DNA of 64,000 nt, from positions 2,208,001-2,272,000 of the forward strand of contig OZ253564.1 in assembly GCA_965262915.1 (NCBI GenBank), given 5' to 3'. This DNA is from Candidatus Spongiisociaceae bacterium. GTDB lineage: Bacteria; Actinomycetota; Acidimicrobiia; Spongiisociales; Spongiisociaceae. The first letter of the stretch is position 1. Each line of letters opens with the position of its first letter. Below, in pieces: positions 19,503 through 28,851 of the stretch. Made by a program: the position numbers and the translations under genes. Under the pieces are notes generated by a model that worked only from the letters and a program-made list of their open reading frames with translations, was not told the origin of the DNA and ran no database searches.

Positions 19503-21980
19503 ATGACCAAGGGGACATCCACCCGTGGGGGCACGGGGCGGAGGCGGGTGTCACAGGTACATGGGAACAAGGCCGGACTCGATAGGCGCGGACCGCGACC
19601 GGCCGGGCGCGGGCAGCCCCGGGCGGGCGGCTCCGCGGGTCGCAACACGTCCGGACCCAAGGGCGGCGGCCGACCCTCCGGGCCCGAGCGGACGAGGAGC
19701 CGGTCCGGGCGGTCCCGGTCGGCCTTGACCCAACGCTCGGCCGAGCAAGGGCGCGAGCGGCGTTCGCGGCCCTTCCTCACCATGGTTTACGAGCGCATCC
19801 GGTTCGGGATCGGACGCCAGACCCACGACCGGATAGGCCTGTGCCTCACATCCGCGGGGCTGCTGATCGTCCTGGCCTTCTTCGAAGGTTCCGGGCCGGT
19901 GGGACGATGGACGCTCGACGGTCTCCGCTTCCTGGTAGGCGTGTGGGCCTATGGCTTCCCCGTCATCCTGATAGCGCTCGGCGGCGCCCTGATCCTGGGG
20001 CGTTACCGCGATGACTTCCGCCGGGTCCTGTTCGGGGCGGTCCTCTGGTTTGTCGGTTCGCTGACCCTCTTCCACCTGATCACGGGAAGCGTGTCACTGG
20101 CCGGGAACATCGAGATCGTGAAGCAGAGGGGAGGAGCCATCGGTTCGCTGATCGCCTTCCCGCTGCATCGCCTCCTGGGATTCTGGGGTGCGTTCCTGAT
20201 CATCGCGGCCATCACCGGCGCCGGCGTCATGATCGTTGTGGGCGCCTCGTTGCGCGAGGTGCTGATAGCGGCCGGCGAGCTGGTGACCTATTTGGTGAGG
20301 CAGGTCAAGGCCAAGGCGGCTGCGGCGCGGGTGCGCAGGGAGGTATCACCTGCCCGGCGACGCCGTCCCTCCTCGGGGGACCGGCGCTCTCCGCCTGTGG
20401 AGCAGAGACCCCCTCCTCCTGCCGCGCCGGCTCCCAAGGCCCCGCAAAAGCCACCCCCGCCTTCTCCCCGCCCGGCCCGACCCCGCAAGCAGCAGGTCAG
20501 CCGGCGGGCCGCGCCACGGACGGATGGGGATGGCGCCGGGTACCGGCTTCCCCCCGTCGAGTTGCTGCAGAAGGGTCAGAGCGAAGGTCAGAGTCGCCGG
20601 ATGCTGGAGGAAACGGCTCGCCAACTCGAGGCCACGCTGCGCGATCACGCGGTGAACGCCCGTCTCACCAACATCGTGCCGGGTCCGACGGTGACCCGTT
20701 ACGAGATCGAGCTGGCGCCAGGGGTGAAGGTGTCGCGGATCACCAGCCTCGCAGGCGACATCGCCTACGCGCTGGCGACACCGGATGTGCGACTGCTGGC
20801 TCCGATTCCGGGAAGGTCGGCGATCGGCGTCGAGGTTCCGAACCGCGTTCGCCGCCTGGTCACGCTCGGCGATGTCCTCGCTTCCCCCGATGCGGCCGAG
20901 GAGTCCCATCCGCTGGTGGTGGGTCTGGGTGCGAGCATCTCGGGAAGGCCGGTGCTGCTCAACCTGGGGGAATTGCCCCACGTGCTGATCGCCGGCGCCA
21001 CCGGGGCCGGTAAGTCCTCCTGCATCAACTCCATCGTCACCTCCCTGCTGGTACGCGCCTATCCGGACGATGTACGCCTGATCATGGTCGATCCCAAGCG
21101 GGTGGAACTCGGCCAGTACAACGGAGCTCCCCACCTGCTCACGAAGGTGATCACCAAGCCCAAGAAGGCGTTGGACGCTCTCCAGTGGGCGGTGGCCGAG
21201 ATGGATCGGCGCTACGATCTGCTTGCCGACGCGGGCGTGCGGGACATCCAGGGTTACCGGGGAAAGTTCGACTCCGGCCGGCTCCCCGACAACCGCTTCG
21301 ACCGGTTTCCCTATCTCGTGGTCCTCATCGACGAGTTGAACGATCTCATGATGGTTGCGGGCCGCGACGTGGAGACCGCCATCGTGCGGATCGCCCAGAT
21401 GGCCCGGGCGGTCGGTATCCATCTGGTGATCGCCACCCAGCGACCGTCGGTCAATGTGATCACCGGTGTGATCAAGGCCAACATCCCGAGCCGATTGGCC
21501 TTCTCGGTGGCGTCCCAGACCGATTCGCGCGTGATCATCGACACGGTGGGCGCCGACAAGCTCATAGGTATGGGTGACATGCTGGTGGTGACCGCGCGTG
21601 AACCGCGCGCCAACAGGGTCCAGGGCGCATGGGTGAGCGAGGAGGAGATCGCCGCGGTGGTGGATTGGGTCAAGGGCCAGAAGGCGGCCGATTACCGGCA
21701 GATCGCCGAGGAGGTGGCTGTCGAGCGGCAGGCTGCTGCCGAGGAGGTCGACGGGGGGGACGCCGATCTGGTGCGACGGGCTCACGAACTCGTGGTCCGG
21801 TCCCAGCTGGGTTCGACGTCGATGCTCCAGCGCAAGCTTCGGATCGGATTTGCCCGGGCCGGTCGCATCATGGACATCCTCGAGCAGAGGGGGATAGTGG
21901 GCCCGTCCGAGGGCTCGAAGGCCCGTGAAGTACTGGTGACGATCGAGGACCTGGAAGCCGAGGCCACACTGCCGTCGTGA
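19503..21980 (+). CDS. ftsK: DNA translocase FtsK
   Basis: TM N-terminus, GATGAGKS, IDELNDLMM, ATQRPS, gamma domain STSMLQRKLRIGFARAGR; start uncertain. Confidence 0.95.
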   Translation: MTKGTSTRGGTGRRRVSQVHGNKAGLDRRGPRPAGRGQPRAGGSAGRNTSGPKGGGRPSGPERTRSRSGRSRSALTQRSAEQGRERRSRPFLTMVYERIRFGIGRQTHDRIGLCLTSAGLLIVLAFFEGSGPVGRWTLDGLRFLVGVWAYGFPVILIALGGALILGRYRDDFRRVLFGAVLWFVGSLTLFHLITGSVSLAGNIEIVKQRGGAIGSLIAFPLHRLLGFWGAFLIIAAITGAGVMIVVGASLREVLIAAGELVTYLVRQVKAKAAAARVRREVSPARRRRPSSGDRRSPPVEQRPPPPAAPAPKAPQKPPPPSPRPARPRKQQVSRRAAPRTDGDGAGYRLPPVELLQKGQSEGQSRRMLEETARQLEATLRDHAVNARLTNIVPGPTVTRYEIELAPGVKVSRITSLAGDIAYALATPDVRLLAPIPGRSAIGVEVPNRVRRLVTLGDVLASPDAAEESHPLVVGLGASISGRPVLLNLGELPHVLIAGATGAGKSSCINSIVTSLLVRAYPDDVRLIMVDPKRVELGQYNGAPHLLTKVITKPKKALDALQWAVAEMDRRYDLLADAGVRDIQGYRGKFDSGRLPDNRFDRFPYLVVLIDELNDLMMVAGRDVETAIVRIAQMARAVGIHLVIATQRPSVNVITGVIKANIPSRLAFSVASQTDSRVIIDTVGADKLIGMGDMLVVTAREPRANRVQGAWVSEEEIAAVVDWVKGQKAADYRQIAEEVAVERQAAAEEVDGGDADLVRRAHELVVRSQLGSTSMLQRKLRIGFARAGRIMDILEQRGIVGPSEGSKAREVLVTIEDLEAEATLPS

Positions 21981-22131
21981 TGGGCCGGTCGGCTGCGCGA
22001 CACACGCGCTCCAGTCGACGACCGGGCGGATCACGAGGAGTGACTCTCATGACCGGCGTGGGTGCGCCGGCGCGGTCACGAATCGAACCTGCGGAGGGTG
22101 TACGGCAGATCCGTCGTACCATGGAGGCCTG

Positions 22132-23319
22132 ATGGCTTACGTTTTCGAACTTCCAGACATAGGCGAGGGTCTCACCGAGGCGGACATCGTTCGCTGGCAC
22201 GTACCCGTGGGTAGCTCCGTGGAGTTGGACCAGGTTCTGGTCGAGGTCGAGACCGCCAAGGCCGTGGTCGAGATTCCCTCGCCGGCCGCGGGGACCGTCC
22301 TGCACCACGGGGCTACCGAGGGCGTCACGCTGACGGTCGGTTCCGTCCTGGCCGTGATCGGCGAAGCCGGGGAGTCGTGGCGAGGTCGCGATGGGGCGCC
22401 CGGCGCTATCGCGGCCGGTCCGGTTCCGGCGGCGGCCGGTGTCGCATCTCCCTCGCAGGATCGGAGGACCCGGGCCGGCGGAGGCCGGGTGCAGGCGTTG
22501 CCCGTGGTGCGGAAGCTGGCCCGGGAACACGGCATCGAACTGTCCGGGATGGCGGGGACGGGTCCCGGGGGGCGTATAACCAGGGACGATATGATGGCGG
22601 CGGTGGCCGGTCGTCCGAAGGCGCCACCGGCGGCCCGGCCCGAGCAACGGGTGCGCCTCTCCATGCTGCGTCGCACGATCTCCGAACACATGAGTGCCTC
22701 TTGGCGGGAGATCCCCCACGTGACCATCTTCCACGATGCCGACGCCTCCCGGTTGCTGGCGGTCCGGCGAGCCCTGGCCAAGCGGCACCAAGCGGACATC
22801 CCCGTCGAGGCCCTGATCGTCAAGGCGCTGGTGCCCGTGATACAGCATTTCCGCGAGTTCAACGCCACTCTCGACGGTGAGGAACTGGTACTCCACCCAT
22901 CCTTCGATGCCGGCATCGCAGTCGACACCGACGACGGGTTGCTGGTCCCGGTGATCCGGGAGGCGGAGAAGTCGGGTCTGCTCGGGTTGGCCCAGGCGGT
23001 CAGGGACCTCGGTACCAGGGGCAAGGCCCGCACCCTGGCGGCCCATGAACTGACCGGGGCCACCTTCACGATCTCCAACTTCGGGGCCCTGGGCGGGGGC
23101 CGCGGAACTCCGATCATCCCGACCGGCACGACCGCCATCCTGGCAATCGGGCGAGCGTCCGATACGCCCGTGGCGAGAGACGGGGTGGTTGCCATAGCGC
23201 CGATGATGCCGCTCTCGCTGGCGTTCGACCACCGGGTGATCGACGGAGGCTCGGGCCAGCGGTTCATCTCGATGCTGGTCGAGAATCTTGAGGAGCCTGC
23301 CCTGTTCCTGGCCGACTGA
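22132..23319 (+). CDS. 2-oxoacid dehydrogenase E2 (dihydrolipoamide acyltransferase)
   Basis: Lipoyl domain LPDIGEG/VETAKA, E3-binding GTGPGGRI, DHRVIDG. Confidence 0.92.
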   Translation: MAYVFELPDIGEGLTEADIVRWHVPVGSSVELDQVLVEVETAKAVVEIPSPAAGTVLHHGATEGVTLTVGSVLAVIGEAGESWRGRDGAPGAIAAGPVPAAAGVASPSQDRRTRAGGGRVQALPVVRKLAREHGIELSGMAGTGPGGRITRDDMMAAVAGRPKAPPAARPEQRVRLSMLRRTISEHMSASWREIPHVTIFHDADASRLLAVRRALAKRHQADIPVEALIVKALVPVIQHFREFNATLDGEELVLHPSFDAGIAVDTDDGLLVPVIREAEKSGLLGLAQAVRDLGTRGKARTLAAHELTGATFTISNFGALGGGRGTPIIPTGTTAILAIGRASDTPVARDGVVAIAPMMPLSLAFDHRVIDGGSGQRFISMLVENLEEPALFLAD

Positions 23320-23383
23320 CCTGCCGCCGGGGAGGATGGACATCGGGTGTCGGGGAGCCGATGCCGGTCCGGGATCGGCCGTC

Positions 23384-24025
23384 TCAGCCGGTTGCATCCT
23401 TCTCGTAGGTGACCGAGGTGACCAGCCGGTCCTCCGGGATCCGGTAATAGGCGCGCAGGACGGCTTCGGAGTCCTCCGAAAGGTGGTACCCCGCCTTCTC
23501 CAGAATTCCGCGGGCCTTGTAGTTGGCGGCGTAGGTACCGATGACTATGCGTGCGGTTGGCGGTAGACGTTCCTCCACGTGGCGGAGCAGGGCCGAGGCG
23601 ATGCCCTGACGCTGGTATCGGGGCAGCACGTACGCGTGTCGCATCAGCACGACCCCCCTGATCGGCTCGCTGCCCATCACCCCCACCAGTTCCCCGGCCA
23701 CGAATGCTCCCCACCAGGTCATGCGTTCGGCTTCGGCTTCCCAGGCCGTCTCGTCCATCTCGGGGTCGTGGAGGTCCTCGGGCGGGAGGAACTCCCGGTA
23801 CCACGCGGCGGCTGCGTTGATCACCTCCACCGCCTGTCGGCGGTCACCGGATGTGAGCCGGCGGATGGTGAGCCGGTCGCTGGTGCATGGTGATGGTGGG
23901 GAGGTGATGGACAGTTTCCTTGTCAGGGCGGACGGTATCGACAGGTGTACCTGGTTGGTCTCGCTCCCGAGCCTAATGCCGGCGCCGGTAGCCGAGTGGA
24001 TGGAAGTCGGCTGTGTACGGTCCAT
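23384..24025 (-). CDS. GNAT family N-acetyltransferase (start uncertain)
   Basis: RHAYVLPRYQRQGIASALL acetyl-CoA motif in the C-terminal ~160 aa. Confidence 0.75.
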   Translation of the reverse strand: MDRTQPTSIHSATGAGIRLGSETNQVHLSIPSALTRKLSITSPPSPCTSDRLTIRRLTSGDRRQAVEVINAAAAWYREFLPPEDLHDPEMDETAWEAEAERMTWWGAFVAGELVGVMGSEPIRGVVLMRHAYVLPRYQRQGIASALLRHVEERLPPTARIVIGTYAANYKARGILEKAGYHLSEDSEAVLRAYYRIPEDRLVTSVTYEKDATG

Positions 24026-24113
24026 CAGCCGGGATTCCGTGCCGAGCCTATTCAGCCGCCTAAACTCAGGTCGGTTGGGAGTACCGGACGCTGCTGGGAA
24101 GGCGGAACTCAGA

Positions 24114-25172
24114 ATGGCCGGAATCGTACATATCGTAGGAACAGGGACCATCGGCGAGCCCTTGATCGGGCTCATGGCCGACAACCAGGCCGCTTTCGGG
24201 ATCGACGAGGTCACGTTCCACAAACGGACCCCGCTGCTGGCAGAGCGGGGCAAGGTGAACGACCTGGTCCGGCGCGGAGCCCGCCTCTCGGTCGACGCCG
24301 ATCGCTGGAGCGATTTCGAGGAGTTGGGTCATGCGCCCAAACTAGAGGCGTGGGAAGCCATCGAGCGGGCAACGGTGGTGATCGACTGCACACCCGCGGG
24401 CAACGAGAACAAGGAGAAGTACTACCGTCACGCCTCCGATGTCACCGGGTTTCTCGCCCAGGGTTCGGAGTTCGGCTTCGGGAAGATGTACGCCCGGGGA
24501 ATAAACGACGAGGCGCTGGATCGCGACGAGGACCGCTTCCTTCACATCGTCTCGTGCAACACGCACAACATCGCGGTGCTGCTCAAGACCCTAGGATTCG
24601 ATGCGGACGGGACCAACCACGTGGCCGAGGGGAAGTTCCTCTGCATCCGCCGGGCCAACGACATCAGCCAGGAGGGCGGTTTCATCCCCGCTCCCCAGGT
24701 GGGGACCCATCCCAAGGGCCGTTTCGGCACCCACCATGCGAAAGACGCCCATCATCTGTTCCAGACCCTGGGCCAGGAGCTGGACCTGTTCTCCTCGGCC
24801 CTCAAGGTGAACAGCCAGTACATGCACGCCCTGCACTTCGAGATCGCCCTCGACCGCGACATAACCGTCGAGGAGGCCCAAGACCGGCTCGAGGCCAACC
24901 CGCGCGTGGCGATCACCTACAAGCGGTCTGCTGGCCAGATCTTCTCGTTCGGCCGCGACCACGGTTACTTCGGGCGGATACTCAGCCAGACGGTCGTGCC
25001 GGTCGAGACCATGGTGGTTCGGGGCGGTAACCGGATCGTGGGTTTCTGCTTCACCCCCCAGGACGGCAACCCGATGCTCTCCACGGTTGCCGCCACCCTC
25101 TGGTACCTGCACCCCGGCGGGTTCGATCACCGGCTCGCCGTGCTACGGCGTTACTTCTTCCCTGAGATCTGA
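24114..25172 (+). CDS. Archaeal-type (class II) GAPDH-like dehydrogenase
   Basis: VHIVGTGTIG, VIDCTP, QGSE, IVSCNTH, RRAND, THHAKDA. Confidence 0.7.
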   Translation: MAGIVHIVGTGTIGEPLIGLMADNQAAFGIDEVTFHKRTPLLAERGKVNDLVRRGARLSVDADRWSDFEELGHAPKLEAWEAIERATVVIDCTPAGNENKEKYYRHASDVTGFLAQGSEFGFGKMYARGINDEALDRDEDRFLHIVSCNTHNIAVLLKTLGFDADGTNHVAEGKFLCIRRANDISQEGGFIPAPQVGTHPKGRFGTHHAKDAHHLFQTLGQELDLFSSALKVNSQYMHALHFEIALDRDITVEEAQDRLEANPRVAITYKRSAGQIFSFGRDHGYFGRILSQTVVPVETMVVRGGNRIVGFCFTPQDGNPMLSTVAATLWYLHPGGFDHRLAVLRRYFFPEI

Positions 25173-25290
25173 ACCGCCAGGGAACCTTCGGAGAATCATC
25201 GGATCGGATGCCCACCTGCCGACCTGCGTCGCCGACCATCCGGTATCGGACGGTGCCCGGTTGCCTGCAGTAGATCCTGGCGGCCCGACC

Positions 25291-26943
25291 ATGGCGGTGC
25301 CGGGATCCCGACGTAGCGTCGCCGGAGGATTGGCGCGGCGCCGTCCGGCTGCCCGAGGAGAGTGCTCGAAAACGGGCAGATGGTCGGCCCGTCGTCCGCT
25401 GACGTGGCATCTCGTCATCGACCGTCGGGCCAACCGGGGGTTTTCGACCACCCTCCTCGTGGCGATGCTGGCTGCCGTGATGTTGGCGGCTGCCGTGGCC
25501 GCTGGCGCCCGGGCGGATGACGAGGACGGTTTCGCCGACATCACCGGAGCCGGTGTTCATGCCCCCGCCATAGAGATCCTCGATGCTCTGGGTAGTCTCG
25601 ACGGCACCGAGTGCGCCTCCGGGCGGTTCTGTCCTTCCGAACCTCTGCGGCGTTGGGTGATGGCGGTATGGCTGGTGCGGGCACTCGACGGTACGGACCC
25701 TGAACCGGGCGACTCCGGTGACTTCGTGGACATCCCTGCCGGGGCGTGGTGGGCGGGCCACGTGGACCGGCTGGCCGAGTTGGGGATAACCAAAGGATGC
25801 GCCACCGGTCCCACCAGGTATTGCCCGTCCGAGACCGTGACCCGCGGGCAGATGGCGACCTTCCTCAAGAGGGCCTTCAGCATCGAAGCTACCCGACCCG
25901 GCGGATTCACCGACATCGCCGGCAACGTCCATGCCGGCAGCATCGATGCGCTGGTGGCTGCCGACATCACCGCCGGATGCGCCACCGATCCGGCCCGTTA
26001 CTGCCCGGCGGCGCCTGTCGATCGGGGGCAGATGGCGACCTTCCTGGCGCGGGCTCTGGGTCTCGTGCCCTCTGCCGCATTCGCCGATGACGTGGAGAGA
26101 CACGGAATCGGTCACCTGGTGTCCAGCTATACGACCTACCACAAGTGCTGCGCCTCCCGGGTGACCAATATCCAGTTGTTCGCCGACAAGGTCGATGGCG
26201 CGATAGTGCCGCCCGGTGGACGGTTCAGCCTCAACCGGCACGTCGGGAAGCGAACCTCCGCCGAGGGGTTCCTTCCCGCCGGTACTCTCGTGAAGGGAGA
26301 GTTGGTGAACACCGTGGGAGGTGGGGTGAGCCAGTTCGCCACCACCTTCTACAACGCCATGTTCTGGGGCGGCTACCGAGACGTGGCCCACAAGGCTCAC
26401 AGCTTCTACTTCTCCCGCTATCCCGAAGGCATAGAGGCCACCATCAACTGGCCCGACGTGGACCTGGTCTTCAGCAACGACACGTCCGGATACGTGCTGA
26501 TCGGTACCGAGTACACCGACACGTCCATCACTGTGAAGTTCTACGGCGATAACGACGGCCGGATCGTGGTCGGGGACTGGAAAGCCGGGAAGGGCAGCAT
26601 GGAGGTGATCTCCGAGGGAGGATCGGAGGCTCGGGTGGTGACCGCCGAGGTCTCGGACCGTTTCAACTGGGTGGGTGCGCCCAGATCCCTGACTCGAGGG
26701 AATCCGGATCTGGCCTACGGCGAGGAGAAGCGGGTCCAGTCGGCCCTGGCGGGCTGGACGGTCCGGGTGACGCGCACCATCGACCGCGGAGGACGGAAGA
26801 CCATCCAGCGCTGGACCGTCCGGTACGTACCGCGACGGGAGATCAACGAGGTCCACCCTTGCGTGCTGTCCGGCACCTGTCCGGAGGAGGAGCCGCCCGG
26901 GACGGACGATCCTCCCCCCGGCGGGTCCGACGGTCATCTCTGA
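25291..26943 (+). CDS. Secreted SLH-domain + VanW-domain protein
   Basis: Signal peptide ending in ARA-DD; SLH repeats (VTRGQMATFL, VDRGQMATFL); VanW GGGVSQFATTFYNA; start uncertain. Confidence 0.85.
   Translation: MAVPGSRRSVAGGLARRRPAARGECSKTGRWSARRPLTWHLVIDRRANRGFSTTLLVAMLAAVMLAAAVAAGARADDEDGFADITGAGVHAPAIEILDALGSLDGTECASGRFCPSEPLRRWVMAVWLVRALDGTDPEPGDSGDFVDIPAGAWWAGHVDRLAELGITKGCATGPTRYCPSETVTRGQMATFLKRAFSIEATRPGGFTDIAGNVHAGSIDALVAADITAGCATDPARYCPAAPVDRGQMATFLARALGLVPSAAFADDVERHGIGHLVSSYTTYHKCCASRVTNIQLFADKVDGAIVPPGGRFSLNRHVGKRTSAEGFLPAGTLVKGELVNTVGGGVSQFATTFYNAMFWGGYRDVAHKAHSFYFSRYPEGIEATINWPDVDLVFSNDTSGYVLIGTEYTDTSITVKFYGDNDGRIVVGDWKAGKGSMEVISEGGSEARVVTAEVSDRFNWVGAPRSLTRGNPDLAYGEEKRVQSALAGWTVRVTRTIDRGGRKTIQRWTVRYVPRREINEVHPCVLSGTCPEEEPPGTDDPPPGGSDGHL
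25357..25456. mobile_element. MITE-like element, copy 2
   Basis: GGAGAGTGCTCGAAAAC...GTTTTCGACCACCCTCC TIRs (15/17). Confidence 0.7.
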
Positions 26944-27020
26944 ACCGGTGGGGCGGCGAGGTCCGTACGGATTCACCGGTCCCGGCTGCCGGTTACCGAA
27001 CGCATCCCGAACAGGTTAAG

Positions 27021-28835
27021 CCTGAATCCACCGGTAGATATCCTGTGGTTGGGGGTGGATAGACGCGGAAAGTGCCTCTGATCTGGGACAATAGCCATAC
27101 GAAACATGTGTATTGGCCCGGAGTCAGGAGGCACTTCCTGTGAGTGGAGTATTGCAGAATATCGACCGGTATGAGGTGGTTTTCGATGATGAGGGGCTGG
27201 TGGCCGACGCGGGGTTGTTGGCGGCCGGGACGTTGATGGACCGTTTGGGGTTGGAAGATGTGGTGGATGGGACGGTGCGGTTGGAGGGCCGGGTGGGTGG
27301 CGCGCATCCGGGTCGTAAGGTGTGTACGGTGGTAGCTGCGATGCTGGTGGGCGGCTCTCATATTGATCATGTGGGTCGGCTCCGGGCGGGTTCCACCGAT
27401 CGGGTGTTGCCCCATGCGGTGATGGCCCCGTCCACTGTGGGGACCTTTCTGCGTTCGTTCACCTGGGGTCATGTACGCCAGTCGGGGGAAGGTGTTGACC
27501 TTGGCGCTGGGTCGTGCGTGGCGGGCGGGCGCGGGTCCCGGTAAGGGACCTGTGACCGTTGATTTGGACTCGACGATCTGTGCGGTGTCGGGCAAGACCA
27601 AACAGGGGGCCGCTTTCGGTTACACCAAGGAGTTGGGTTATCACCCGCTGTTGGCGTTCCGAGCCGATACGGGGGAGGTGGTCGGTGCCCGTCTGCGTGC
27701 AGGAGGGTCGCAGCGGGGTGTGGTCCATTTCGTCGGGGAGACGATCCGGCGTGTGCGACGGGCCGGGGCCAGGGGCCCGGTGAGCGTGCGGGCCGATTCG
27801 GGGTTCTGGTCCTATGCCCTCTTGGCCGCCCTCGACCACCTCGGGGTGGGATGGTCGATCACCACCCAGGTGAATGCCAAGGTCAGGACACTGATCAGCA
27901 ATATCGACAAAGACGCCTGGGCTCCCATCGTCTATCCCCGGGGCGGCGAAGCACAAGTGGGGGAAACCGTCCTGGAGATGACCAACCCCAAGAAACGGTC
28001 GCAGCGGCGCCGGGTCCGTCTCGTGGTGCGCCGCACCCGCTTGGTCGGTTCCCAAGCCCAGCTGTTCCCCGACTGGCGGTACCACACCTTGGTCACCAAC
28101 CTGGACCTAGCCGCGGTCGAAGCCGACCGGCACCACCAACCCGGGGCCGGACAAGACGACACCGGTCACCAACCCCGCGGCGAACAAGACACCGAAGTGG
28201 CCGAACTGTCGGCGGTAGAGATCGGTGACAACCCTGGGGAGGCGCACAGCCCGCTGCCCGCGGTCGAAGCCGACCGGTACCACCGCCGCCACGCCACATG
28301 CGAACTCGCCATCCGCGACCTCAAAGACTCCGGGGGTCTCGCTCACCTACCTTCCGGCGTCTTCGCAGCTAACGCCGCCTGGCTGCTGTGCGCCGCCCTA
28401 GCGCATAACCTCTACCGCCAGATAGCCCTCCTCGGGGGTACGCATCGGGCTGGGCGGCTGGTCTGTGGACGTACTATCCGTACCCGACTGTTCGGGCTCC
28501 CTGGACGGGTCGTGAACCATGGCGGACGCCGCCTCGTGCGTCTACCCGCCCGATGGCCCTGGGCCGGCACCTACCTAACCACCCTCACTAACCTCCGGGC
28601 GCTGCCCCAACTCAGCTAACCCGGCCCGACGGACCCCTCACAACCATAGCCAACCACCCAAACCCCAGCCACACACGCCCGAAACAACACCAACCAGCCT
28701 CCAACACCACCTAACCCACCAAACCACACCCACCACAGCCCTAAAAAACCCCCAAAACCAACCAGCCCCAACCCCTCAACCTCCCACCAACCGCACCCCG
28801 GACCACCCCCCGGGGAGGCCGTCGGTGGATTCAGG
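27021..28835 (+). mobile_element. IS1380 family insertion sequence
   Basis: Perfect TIRs CCTGAATCCACCG / CGGTGGATTCAGG, flanked by TTAAG / CTTAG. Confidence 0.9.
27140..28619 (+). pseudogene. IS1380 transposase, frameshifted near 27485
   Basis: LVADAGLL..APSTVGTFLRSF in one frame; DLDST, GYHPL, RADSGF, ELAIRDLK, FAANAAWL in the next; G-run at the shift; AGGAGG RBS. Confidence 0.88.
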
Positions 28836-28851
28836 CTTAGACTGACCATCC

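Noticed and set aside
20346-26976. Long antisense ORFs (20346-22034, 21868-23397, 22137-23804, 25051-26976)
   Set aside because: Shadow frames of high-GC genes with no recognisable motifs.
27471-27500. Programmed frameshift in IS1380
   Set aside because: IS1380 transposases are normally single ORFs and no slippery heptamer is present; a G-run indel (real or sequencing) is simpler.
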